Below, one piece after another: positions 13,501 to 27,098 of a DNA stretch of 64,000 bases (the first letter of the stretch is position 1; each line of letters starts with the position of its first letter). This DNA is from Trichoplax adhaerens. Lineage: Eukaryota; Animalia; Placozoa. The notes below the pieces were generated by a model. That model was given only the letters and a program-made list of their open reading frames with translations, did not search any database and was not told the DNA's origin. The position numbers were made by a program, and so were the translations under genes. The stretch spans positions 282,678 to 346,677 of the forward strand of contig NW_002060946.1 in the NCBI RefSeq assembly GCF_000150275.1, read 5' to 3'.

Positions 13501-16500
13501 ATGACTTTACTGTAATTCAGTCATTAGCATTAAAATGATTCAAATTCTGCAATTGATGGTGTTTTGAATGGTGTATCATTAATAGCTGACTGAAAGCAAA
13601 GTACCGTAGTCGATTTGATGTAAATAAGTACAATTAACTATACTGTATTTACGTGTAGATTTATTCTGAGATATGACAAATATAAAATGCTTATTAATTC
13701 ACATCCAATATACAGAGTAAGACCGTAGATGTTAAAAAACCTGAAGATCTGCCTCCTTTGCGAAATCCTGACATCTTGATTGGTGCTGATGACTTGACAT
13801 CGCTTAGTTATTTACACGAGCCAGCAGGTACTCAATGTCTAGTAACTATCATATCTAACTACACTTTACAAGATTAATGAATTGCATACTTCGTTATGTC
13901 GAGTAGACGGTCATTATTACCAACTCAGCTTTTTTTGGAAATAATTTAAAACAACTATCGTTAATAATTTCATATCAATTTTTTTCAGTTTTATACAATC
14001 TGCAATATCGTTTCCTCAACACAACAATATATACCTACTGTGGTTAGTATCTTGTTGTTAGTAAAATGGCAATCGATGAATCTATTTGCCGTAGCTCACC
14101 CATCGCTAAGATTGATCGATTTATTATTTAGGTATCGTCTTAGTAGCCATAAATCCGTATGAATCATTACCAATATACGGAGAGGATTTTATCATGCAGT
14201 ATCGCGGTCAAACTATGGGCGAACTAGATCCTCATATCTTTGCTGTTGCTGAAGATGCTTTTAGCGCAATGACAAGGTCAGCAACCGTGAGCAGGAAAAT
14301 GCATATCTCAATCTATAAATGAATCACCGTCGAAGCAGTTTTATTTATACGTTAGATTTGAAAGCACCTCTAGATGGTGCTCACTATTTACAACGATAAT
14401 TTACCTTTACAGCGTCTATCTCTAACATCTTCTGTGATCTCTAATTTTACGTAATTATTCGGTATTGCAGGGATAACGAAAATCAAAGTGTTATTATTAG
14501 TGGAGAATCTGGTGCTGGTAAAACGGTTAGTGCTAGGTTTACAATGAGATATTTGGCTGCTGTCGGTGGATCATCGAGTGAAACGCAGGTCGAAAGGAAA
14601 GTCTTAGCATCAAATCCTATTATGGAGGTAAGAAAGTATTAAGAGAGTTCTAGAATTGATGGTTTTCAATTTAAAAAAAATTTTGATGACATCTGTACTA
14701 TATTAACTAATATCATTATTTTCTTTAGTCCTTCGGCAATGCAAAGACGACGCGAAACGATAATAGTAGCAGATTTGGAAAATTTATAGAAATCAATTTT
14801 GATAAAAATCAAGGGATTACTGGAGCCAATATGAGAACCTATTTGTTGGAGAAGTCTAGAGTTGTTTACCAAGCTGAACAGGAAAGAAATTATCATATTT
14901 TCTATCAGCTTTGCGAGTCACGCCAATTACCGTATCTAGAAGAATTAAGTTTAGGTTGGTTAATAGATGCGATGATGGCATAAATTTTACAATAAGATTT
15001 TATTGTCTCCTTGTAACTCTGCATTCATTATAATTTTAATATTCTTTCTTCGTAGAAAATGCAATGGATTTCTATTACACCCAACAAGGCGGTAATCCTG
15101 TTGTTGACACTATAGACGACAAAGATAGTCTACAATCCACTATAGACGCTTTTGAAATTCTTGGTTAGAAAATTCAGTGTTTTATCTTCAATGCTGATAT
15201 TCTTTACTTACTTCGTTTAATTATTAAATTAAAAAACTTAAAGTGAGCCACGAAAGCATCGAATGTCAAATTAATAAAGTATTTATTCACAATAGGTGTA
15301 ACCTCAGAACATCAACGCGTTATTTTTCGTTCAGTTGCTGCTGTCCTGCATCTGGGAAATGTCAAATTTGTGACGTTAGATGATGAGCCGGATGAATGTT
15401 TTATAATGGTAGGGGGTGATACGTTATTACAGTTAATATCGTAATTTACAAATTACCATAGACTAACAGAAGTACTGTAATAAGAGAATAAAATCCGAAT
15501 CGGCATTTTTTCTGCATTTGTCTAACAGGATGACGATCCAAGTTTAGCGAATGTTGTGGAATTATTAGGTATTAATTTTCCGCAACTACAGAAATGGTTA
15601 TGTAATAGAAAAATTTCTACGATGCATGAGATAATCACTAAACCATTAACCCCGAAACAGGTAGATTCAATATGAGAATAATTATATTTTTGTACCTAAA
15701 TTTAAATTTAATAAGTTAAAATACCCTAAATACAACACATTTTTATTGATTATTGAAGGCTGCTACAGCTCGTGATGGATTAGCAAAACTTATCTATTCG
15801 AAGTTATTTGACTGGATTGTCCAAACTGTTAACGAAGTTCTAGCTGCGACCGTGAAAGCGAATTCGTTTATAGGTGTACTGGATATATACGGGTATAAAA
15901 ATAAATCGATCTTCTTTACAATCATCCTTTCAATTTTATATTATGTAACATGATGTAATATTTTTGCCATAGCTTCGAATTTTTTGAATGGAACAGCTTT
16001 GAACAATTTTGCATCAATTTCGCAAACGAGAAACTTCAACAGCAATTCTGTATGGTAAGCTTAGTATTATGATAATGGTAGCATTTTTAATTATTGCTTA
16101 TTTAACTGTTAATAACTCTTCCATGTTGATTTCATTCCTAGCACGTTTTCAAATTAGAACAAGAAGAATATATAAAAGAAGAGATAGAATGGACTTTTAT
16201 TGACTTTTATGACAATCAACCTTGTATTGACCTAGTTGAAGGAAAAATGGGAATTATTGCGTTATTAGATGAAGAATGCAAGGTTAGTAATTTACCAATA
16301 TTAATTAAATATCTATTTTCAATATTCATTAGTTCTATTCTGACCTTTCATTTACAGGTACAAGGAACTGATAAAAACTGGATTCAGAAGTTATATAACA
16401 ATTTCGGCAATAAAAAGCATGACTATTTCAGCAAGCCTAGGACTTCACAATCTTCCTTTATCGTTCATCATTTTTGCGGCAATGTTACATATGAATGTTA

Positions 16501-19500
16501 TGGATTTATAGAAAAAAATAAAGATGTTATTTTTGAAGAATACCTATCAATTTTAAGAGCGAGTGAGGTATGATAAGTGAAGTTTTTATTTTATAACATT
16601 TAATTTTTATGACTAAATCTTTATTTGCAATGTAAGTTTGAAATTGTAGCCGAAATGTTCCACGAAGCAACTGAAGAAAGATCACGTGGTTCTACTTCAA
16701 GTGGTTCTCGTATTCGTTCTTCTTCGGCTGGCAGATTACGTTTAGGAAATGAAAAGAAAAGACTTAAAACTGTTGGCTCACAGGTTCTTCGCTATGCTAT
16801 GTTAACACTGATGTGAACTCGTCAGATTCTAAACTTGATTACAATTTCTGATTCTAATAGTTTATTGGCTCAGTTGGTCAGCTAATGACGACATTAAACA
16901 ACACCAAGCCTCATTACGTCCGTACGATAAAGCCTAATGAACGAAAAGCTCCATTTACGTAAGCTGTAGAAAAGTATCATGCACACAGATGTGAACTACA
17001 ATCATGATGAGATATACGACACTCTCTATAAAAAATAGCTTATTCAGGAGTTATGATAAACTTTGCTTTAGGTTTGAGCCGACGTTATCGGTTCAGCAGT
17101 TGCGAGCTTGTGGTATTATAGAAACTATCAAAATCAGCGCAGCTGGGTTCCCATCAAGGTAGAAACAACGTTTCTAATTAACCTACGTTATATGTCTTTA
17201 TAGACTTATCCAGTATGTCGACTGTATATATATCTGTATTTTAATTAAATATCAATGTACTAAATTGAAATTTAGGTGGACCTATATGGACTTCTATACG
17301 CGCTATCGAGTTCTTGCAAAGCTATCTAGCGATATCGATCGAAATGATTTAAAGGGCACTTGTTCCAATATAGTAAAGAGTTATATTTCGGTAAGAAACG
17401 TCATTTGGTTCGCTTGTCCTGAAATAATTCTTAAGAAATAAGCTAATATCAGCCTGCCCACCTTTTTCGTAAAAATTTAGCGTACGTTGGCAAATCTAGC
17501 TGATTTGTAGTTGTTAACATACATTATTAGATTGTTTGAGTTTTCAAGACATAGAAATAGGCAGATAATTATTAAATTGTAGTATTTAATTGGCTTCCGA
17601 AGCTACCGATTATGATATGCTCGTATTTCACTATATAGGACGCCGATAAAATTCAGCTTGGCAAAACTAAAATTTTCTTTAGACCAGGACAGGTAAAGCT
17701 AATTCAAAAATTTCTACAATGTTTGTGCCTCCTTTAAAGATATCTAATAGATCGATATCTGCTATTGAACAGGTCGCCTATTTAGAGAAGTTGCGCAGTG
17801 ACAAATTAAATCGTACAAGTATCATGATCCAAAAATTTATCAAAGGCTGGCGGCAAAGGAGACGTTATCAACAGTTACGAAACTCAACAATCAAGATCCA
17901 ATCACTTTACCGTGGCTTATGCGCGCGACGGTCAGCTTTTTTCGATTTCAGACTTGAAAGTATACTTTTTGTGCATGCCTGATAATTAGCGCTTATCGAA
18001 TTGCTTTTATATAATCTGCCATTTTATCGCAGGTTGCTACTATTTCTATGTCAAACCAAAGCTTCAACTGTTATTCAAAAACGATTTCGAGGATTTCGTG
18101 CTCGAAAGGCATATAAGTTGTTACGACAAGTTATCATCCAGATGCAGTGTTTAACAAGGATCAAATTTGCTCGCAAAAAATACGTACACCTACTAAGAAA
18201 TAAAAAAGCAATTATTATTCAAAGAAACGTGCGTTGTTGGATGGAGAAAGCGAGATATTATCGAACTCTTAAAGCGATCATTTTATTGCAATGCTGTTTA
18301 AGGCGGCTAATTGCGAAAAGACAATTAAAGAAATTAAAGGTAGCAGTAAAACTGATATTGCATCAACTTGGTAATAACATACTGTTAACGTAATTGTTTT
18401 AAAGTTACCTAACACTGCCATATATTTTGCGCCCTGCCTTAAACATCACCACATAATTAGATCGAAGCTCGTTCTGTTGCTCACCTGCAAGAATTACAGA
18501 AGGGTATGGAAAATAAAATTATTTCATTACAGCGCCGTTTAACGGAACAGGTAAGCCGAATCACATTACTAACAATGTTCATTTGCTTTCATAATAATGA
18601 ATATACTGTTAAATTATACTAGCAAAAAGAAAATGAAGTATTAATCCGTAGCCAGCGGGAAACCGATGATTTAAAAAAACAGTTAACTTCTTTCAGTGAA
18701 GTTAAAAGTAGTCTGGCTGCAGCTCTTAAACGTATTGATGTTCTAGAAGCTGAAATAGAATCTGCTAAATCGGAGTTAGAAAATAGTAATAAACGATATG
18801 ATGATGTCCTGACTGCAGCAGAAGAAACAGAATTAATCATGCAAAAGGTTTCTTATCTTGAATATTAAATTATGTTGTTTATTAGCATCGTAAATGCTTC
18901 ATATAGGATAATTTTAATTTCTTCATACACTATGTGCACAGGAAATTGATTCAACGAAAGAGAAGCTATCATTAGTAGAAAGTCAACTTAAAGAACAACA
19001 GGAAATCGAAACAGAAAATAGTAAGCTAAAGGAAGAATTGCATTTAACTGTGGTTCAACGAGATGAACATAAGACCGAATTAGAGCAGACTAGAGAACAC
19101 TATCAGCGCCATCTGAAGGATCATGCAAGATTAGAACAGAGATTCGATAATCTACAAGAAGAAATGGAGCTACAGCAAAAGCAACAGCGAGCAATGAATG
19201 AAAAGTTTGCGGGTGTAGTTTCCGGGATCGATTTAGATGTTGATGGCTTAGGTATGTAGGAAGAAATTGAAATTAATAACTTTTCCTTTGTGTTAATTCA
19301 TGATTGGATCATTAAATCAATTATCATATTTATTATACAATTAATTAATCTAGAAGAAGAAACTAGTCAAAGCGCTGAAGGTATATTTTAATAGAACCAA
19401 TTCTTGCACAATTAACACAAAGTAGGAATTTGCGTACGGACCGTATAACTTGCAAATCTTGATTACATAGGAAATGTTCTGTCCGCGATGAAAATAAAGT

Positions 19501-21856
19501 ACGAAATGGTTAAGAACGAAAGAGACAAATTAGAACAAGAATTGAAGAACCTAGGTAATTATTAGGATATTGGCATTTGTACTTAGATATAAACTGTCAT
19601 TTGAATAACCACTAACTGATGATAATTAATATTTTAGCGGGTGAAGCTGAAATTCGTGGTAAAACCAGAACTCGTTTACTGAAAAATGAAGTGGAGAGAT
19701 TATCACAGATGGAGAGACAATATTGGGAACTCGTTACAGTTAATAGTCTGTTACGTCATCACGCTGTAACTGTAGTGGGCAAGTCTGAGAAGGAGATAGC
19801 GAAAGATCTAGATAAGGCCTTGGTGGAAAACGAAAAGTTGAAAAAGCAGCTTGCAACTGCAAAAACCGGCCACAATGACCAAGATACCGCGAAGGAAAAT
19901 ATAAAAGATTATAAATACAAAATTGATGGTAGGAAAACATAGCAGAGTTTTATGACCTACAGTAGAAACTGAATTAACTATATTAATACGTTATTTTTTA
20001 TTGCAATTTTAGATCCACTCCTTGAATATGATGGAGATCTGAATGCACTAATTGGAGCTAATAAATATTTGAGAGCTGCCGTTCGTGATCTTGAACAAAA
20101 ATCAGAAAATCAGCGAAATAATAACGAAATTGTAGTTGAAAATGAACAAGTAAAAGAAGTAGTTGCCGAGAATGAGGAATTGCGACTTCGTTGCAGTAGT
20201 ATGGAAGCCAATATAGAATCACTGAAAAGTCAAATTAGGAGGGAGTTCCGAAAGATGGGTAATAGCGATGAAGTATCTAAAAAACGTGCTAGCAGTTTGT
20301 TCGCTAGTGGTAGGCAACCACGTATAACTGGACCAAATGCAGGACTTGTTATGAGATCTGTCTCTATTGATAAACCACCAGTCGCTGACGATGTTAACGG
20401 TAACGTTAACATTAATGACAGTAATAAAAACGAAGATAAGAATGAAAGTAAAGATGTAACAAGAACTGAAATTGATAAACCAAAATCGAAAGTGAGCAAT
20501 TCGCACGACACAGTAGATGGAAATATTAAAATTAAACACCGCTCACATGAGAGGAAATGTTGGATTCAATTTCGTCGACAAGATATCGGAAATTTTATCA
20601 AGCAGCTTGTACATGCTAAGCCTGATATGATACCAGATGGTATTCCTACATCGCCTGCATTCATAACCTTTATGTGCTTACGTTATGCTGATTATAATAA
20701 TGACGATCGTAGCATACAAGGTTTACTGACCAACTACATCAATGGTATTAGAGCTGTCATTAAAAAGTCGAAAAGTAACATTAATATGACAATATTTTGG
20801 TTAGCCAATACTTGCCGATTAACTCACTTAATCAAGCAATACAGTGGTGATGAATTGGCGGAAGGAGGGGAAGAAAATCAACGTTGGAATTTACAAAATT
20901 TTAACTTGGATGACTACTGTCAAGTACTTACTGATTTATCTGTTAGAATTTACCATGAGTTACTCAGAACTGTACATGAAAAGTTGCAAACGATCATCAT
21001 AAAGGCCATGCTTGAGGCTGAATTAATACCTGATGTTTCACCATCGAAGCAATTCTTTAAGAGTCATCCTAGTAAAGCACAGAGTGGTATTAATGTAACA
21101 ACTATAACTAAGATCTTAGTTGATCTGTTAACAGTTCTCAAAGAATTCGATATTGACGCGGAAGTGATTAAGCAAGTTTTCAGACAAATCTTTTACTTTA
21201 TTGCTGCATATATGCTTAATAACATGTTATTAAGAAAAGATATGTGTAACTGGTCCAAAGGAATGCAAATTCGCTATAACATTAGTCAATTAGAGGAATG
21301 GTGCCGAGACAATGATTTATCGGAAAGCGGTGCCATAGAATCACTTGAGTATGTAACACAAGCGACACAATTATTGCAAGTTAGCAAGAAGACTAAAGAA
21401 GATGTTGATGGAATCTTTGATATGTGTAACAGATTAAACCCGCTACAGGTACTATAAAACAATAAAACGAAAAATTAAGCATAGATGTAATATTTTTATT
21501 TACTGTACGATAAATATTATGCTCCTATGATAGTTTGATTACTACAGTATCTTTAATTATATTATATAGTATTCCCAAGCTCTGATTGCAATCGATCGTT
21601 TTTTCATATGCCTTTTTAGATCCAGAAAATTCTAACTATGTATATGCCAATAAGCGAATTTGAAGATCGAGTGCCCGCTTCTATAATACAATATGTAGCA
21701 GCCCGCGGCGGTACCCAAAACTCAAATTATCGTCTAATGATGGACTTAACTTATATGTTTCCGGTTACATTCTTATTTGCTCAATCTCTTACTAAGCTCG
21801 AAGATGTTTTGATTCCAGAAGGATTAAAGCTACAGCAATACCTGACAATACAGTAA
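10589..21856 (+). CDS. MYO5: Unconventional myosin class V (motor, 6 IQ, coiled coil, DIL cargo-binding tail), many exons
   Basis: Exon 1 MTTEQLYTK, exon 2 [40 protein letters not shown]-loop [30 protein letters not shown], six IQ motifs at ~17820-18330, and a Dilute domain (FWLAN...[28 protein letters not shown]). Confidence 0.97.
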
Positions 21857-23497
21857 TTTGATACTATCTTGACAATCAGACCACCACTTTAAGTGCTACT
21901 CTTACACCGATGCCATATGATCATAAATCCATGTCATTTTCATTTAGCTAAAGTGGACATTATTTATTCAGAAAATATCGGTAATTTTTGCTTTTTGTCT
22001 AGTTATTGTATTTTTTACTAACTGGACCTGTTGATACTTATTCGTATAATATATCAATGATGCACTTCATTAATTTTTTGAAACCATTAGACTGGAGGAA
22101 AGTAATTATTCTAGGTAAAATAACTACGGGTAATACGATAAGGAAAATCAAATTTCATGAAGCAGTTTCATATCATGAAATACGAACTATTGATTACTCA
22201 CGAGCTTATTTTCTTTATTTTCTCATAAGTGTAGTAACTTGTGAAAAGTTGTCGATAAGTTGAAATAGTTATAAGATTAAATGTGAATTGAATGAATGTT
22301 AGCTCTTACGTACCGCAGCGAATTGGCTATGAAATGAAATAGCACATATCATTTTATATGGCCGTATTAGAACTGTGTCGTGAAGGCAAAATAAAAATGA
22401 CCTAGTAGAATTGATTAATTAAAAGATGATTTATGATTCATCTTGTAATTTGGTTCTCAATACTCATAACCTACTCTAAGGGTTACCAAGGTGTAATATA
22501 GATCATATATGCTGTATTACATCGTACTGTTATCATGATGTAATGTACGAATATCAATGTAATAGGAAATTAATTAAGAATTTGATTTTTAAAAGCGCCA
22601 GCTTGGGACTAGTAACATATAAATTGATTAAGACATTATAGTTTGTTAATAATCTTAACATATTTTGTATAAAATTTGTTTTAATAAATTGTGTAACAGT
22701 ATTAATGTCAAATTAAACCATAATTAAATACATGTAAAAACGTAGAAATATTCCCTGAGGATGCATGCTTTACTTACTATGAACTTATGATCCATTAATT
22801 AATACATTAGCACTTAGCACTACTAGTGGTGTTACATATGCAGTTGATAGCGTTTGCAGCACTCTATGTACCATTACATTGATCTTGCAAATCGATCTTT
22901 GACTGTTCCTAGTACACAAGAAATCATTTTATACAACTACGTCCATTCGGCGCTTCTTTCAAAGATTCCGGCGTGCGTATGTAGCTGAGGTAATCATATT
23001 TTTACTTTCAGTTTCTTACTGTTTCAATTTTAATTAACCACTTTTATAGACTTTATTTTACGTCAGTGGATAATTACAGGTATAGACGGGAGATGAGATT
23101 TTATCACAGTCTATGCTAGAATCATATTAATGTTGATTGATATGCAATTTAACCATTACTATTTTAATGTCCCTAATTCGGACACCAATTTATAAAAAAA
23201 ATTATATCATATATTACAGGGCATGTTTAATAAACTATAGAAGCATTCTTGATATCATTCGTAGCTCATGAAAGCGTAAATAATTAAACATTTAGTAAAT
23301 TATTTATGTTATACTTGTAGACTGGCTAGATAAGTATAATATCTTAGTTGATTAACATTCATCATAGAGGTAATATCATTTCTATCACCGACTAAGATGA
23401 AAGATACGTATATTTGTCACTTTACTGACACAATATAAATCTTGCCTTAATTCATGTTTACAAAATTTAGATAATTAACTGAATATATCATCATGAT

Positions 23498-26014
23498 TTA
23501 TGGTACAGAAATACCCTTGTTAGTGCGGCGTTTTCCTAAGGGGGAGGGCATTACTTTCCCCAACTTAACGTTAAATGTCCCTTTCAGAACAGTATCAGAT
23601 TGTAGTGTATACAAATCGTAGGCACCCGGACCCGGAGCTGTATTAACGGTAGAATGAAATCGATCGCTATCTGTTCCCATTATACCTTTTTTGCCACCAG
23701 GACGTTTTAATTTTTGCGGTAGATAATCACTCGGTCCTGGCCATGGACCTTTTGGTTGGCGATTGAGTTCATTGCTAATGCGCTTAGACGATGTTAAGAA
23801 TGGTGTTACTTTACTTTTAGCAATACTCTTAGACGGATATTCTGCTAGTACTTTTCCCTGGCTACGATCGTAAGCCTTGCTGAGATCGTATGATCCTGGG
23901 CCAGGTAATTCACCACTTTTAGGATCGATTAATGCAATACGATCTGATCTAGACATAAACTGGACTGTAGGTTTAACATATCTGCTACCACCAACTGTTT
24001 TAGGATCAACAGCTTGATAATAGCCTGGACCAGGTGCGTCTTTCTTTTCTGGATTAGCTAATGGAACAGTACGAACTGCTGTTGAACCAAAGGCACCCTT
24101 TCTTGAGCTTTCCAATTGGGATTTACGTAGACTATTATCAGCAATACCAGGATAATTGTATGTACCAGGTCCTGGTAAGAATTTCTGACGGCGATGGTTA
24201 TCGAAACGTGCCGAAGTTTTACCAAATGGTACAGCTTTTAAATTTTCAATCCTGTGTAATAACGGCAGTATATAAAGTGAAATTTACAAATCGTTACTTC
24301 GTATTGTGAAATTTATACTTATTGAATAATTTTGCATGTAAAAATAAAGATGCAAAGAAAAATATTATAGTATTCTACTATAAAAAATAAAAGAAGAGTA
24401 TGAACTATTTTTTAAGCTGATAGCATCGAAATATTATACTTACTTGTTTGAAGTTTGAAAGCCAATTCGCGGCTCACCGTATGTGCCAGGAGCTGGAGTT
24501 GAAAATTTTGCTTCAGGGAACCGCTATAATAAATATATGCGCACATTTATAAAGATACTTACTAATACAATAAAGTTATTGATATTCAAAAAGGGGGGTT
24601 AATATTAACGATATACTCGTACACTTCTTTGAGGTTGTAATTTATAAACTTAGTTGTAAGATATTTAAACTGGCTATGATATCCTAACCAGTAATTTCAC
24701 TGCTGTTTGCTATTGGATAAATATAGTAGTTATATGACATGAAAGATATACTTATTGAGACTATTTCGAAATGATTATCACGTTTGAAGAATAGAAAATA
24801 TGTCTTTTGAATGTTTTTAAAAGCTAATTATTTGAAACTTATTTCAATCTTTTAACGATTTTTATTAGTATGACAGGATTGATTGTTTACCTTTGCCTGC
24901 GTTCCAAATGGAACACTTTCAATTATTTTTCCGTCTTCGTCTACTAATGGTGCCGTTGATTTGACAGTTATTGAGTGGTTAATGTCATAAGCTCCAGGTC
25001 CTGGAATACCTCGTTTTTCTTCTTGCTTTTGTAAAATATCTAAATAACGTGGGGAATTGGATTCAAATATTTGATTACCGTTGTCACGATAGGTAGGGTG
25101 ATTTTCTTTTCTATACGACAAGCTGATATCATAGTCGCCAGGGGCAGGACCAGGATGACTATGAAATTCAAGCCTTTTTGAAGATTGCCTATTAAAATGA
25201 ATTCCTCTATACTTATCGCCACAATATCTGACGTTATTGCCGTCGACCGAGTAATATGCTGGTCCAAGTGTGGTATCATGTGATGGAGGTTTTTGCGACA
25301 TTAAATGTCCGCCGTTTGATTCTTCATAACCGTAGGCTTGACTAGGTATTGGGATAGATGGAGCGTCTGGTCTTCTCTATAGATATGGTTGAAGAAGATT
25401 TAAAATAAAATAGGGAAAAAATATAGCAACTATCTCAGCATAAATAAATTTTAAATATTTACTCATATACCTATCAATTCTTTTCTCAATGACTATTTCT
25501 GTCAATTATTGTAATCAACACTATACTCTGTGCGTACATAGCATCGATCTATTCAACGATTTGCTTTACTTTTCAGTATATACTGTATATCAATGTTACA
25601 AGATTGATCGAATTGACTTACCAAATATTGAACTCTTGGCTTAAATTCTGGAATTTTCTTGCTCGTTGCCTGTGATTTATTACTATTGTAAGGATTATAA
25701 GCTCCTGGACCGGGTGCTAGAGTTGTATTGTCGCCGAAGCGTTTGGTTGTATCTTTTAGTGAAGCTGCACCTTTAACACGTTCGCTACCGAAGCGACTAA
25801 ATTCATATTGGCCAGGCCCGGGCGTAGCGATAACGTTTTCTCCAACATCGAGAGCCGATTGGCGTGTTGTCATGGACGAAAATGGGGCATAACTGTCGAC
25901 TTTTCGTTTAGCATTGGCTATTTCAGAGGTAGAATAGGATCCAGGGCCTACATTTACTGATGTACTGCCTACACTTTGAAGGAATTTGCGAGGTGCTCGA
26001 TCATAAACCGACAT
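23498..26014 (-). CDS. STPG2: Sperm-tail PG-rich repeat-containing protein 2 (SHIPPO/PGP repeats), about 4 coding exons
   Basis: N-terminus MSVYDRAPR...GST...VGPGSY...APFSSMTTR matches the STPG2 family. PGPG.Y repeats run through ORFs 25553..26014, 24852..25301 and 23498..24115. Confidence 0.9.
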
Positions 26015-26472
26015 CTTTACTACAGTATGCTATACAATAATTTAACGTCCGCTAGGGTAATAATAAGATAGTGCTGGATAATTTTGTTGTGAAGCAAGTT
26101 CAATTACGGCAATAACATGGACTTGAAGATATCCTTATATCGCAAATAATAATTGTACTGTGTCACCAAGGTAAAATGACACATGCACTTACAAGACAAC
26201 GTTGGAATTGTCACTTTAATACCAAGGAATCGTTATGATAGCAAATTACGAGGGCAAACGAATCATGGACAACTGCTTAATGATCATCGAATTTAGCGTA
26301 ATTTCTCTAGTAGTAACCAATAATGTTGACCAATTTGTAAATTACTTTTAACTTTTACCCTACAATGTAACTTTACTTGTAGCACTCTTAGCATCAACAA
26401 TAAAAGACTAATATTAATTACACTTTATGCAGTCTAATCGTTTTGGGGGTTTTTTTGACGATTGCTGTTGCA

Positions 26473-26486
26473 GTTGTCATAGAAAC
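26473..26486. promoter_or_regulatory. RFX X-box upstream of STPG2
   Basis: GTTGTCATAGAAAC (reverse GTTTCTATGACAAC) fits RTHNYYWTRRNRAC, about 460 bp upstream of the STPG2 ATG. Confidence 0.72.
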
Positions 26487-26800
26487 CAAAAGCTATTTGA
26501 GCAGATGTCTCTCTGTCGGGATTCCGAGTGTAATTGAGAAATGGATGAGTGGTTGCTATACAATACTATGCGTCGAACAATAGTCTGTAAATAGTTGATT
26601 TACTATAGAGTAGAAGAGTACAAGCTACTTGGACTACAATACTACTACATTTTGGATCAGCTAAGATCACCACAAGACTGGTCAAAACCAGTATATATGG
26701 CCAAACAAACGTTAACCATACATCATTCAGTATAGCATATCACCAGCTCTCGTTATTTGATCACTGTGCGTGGTTTTGGCCCGTTTTTGCTGGCCAATGG

Positions 26801-26855
26801 CCATATGCAAATGAACAAGATTGGCTTTCCTTACTGTTTACCATATGCAAATGAA
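26801..26855. promoter_or_regulatory. Twin octamer (ATGCAAAT) elements in a 15-bp direct repeat, with nearby CCAAT boxes, upstream of arsC
   Basis: CCATATGCAAATGAA occurs at 26801-26815 and 26841-26855. CCAAT at ~26794 and ATTGG at ~26820. Confidence 0.5.
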
Positions 26856-27098
26856 GCAGATGGTCATTAATTAGGCTAGCTTTGTATACAGTAGTAGCAA
26901 TAATATAGCGTAGATAGGTTCGATTAATTATTGCTTCCAGAAGGTAAGACGTAGCTCGCAGACTAGTCAAACTCTGGTAGCTGCCTTGCTTTAGCAACAG
27001 AAGCCAAGCTGCGAAAGTTGGCACGGGCCCCTTTTGAGAATTTCCACACGTTAAAGTAATTGAGCAACTGAAAGCTTCAATATCACCATATTTGCATC

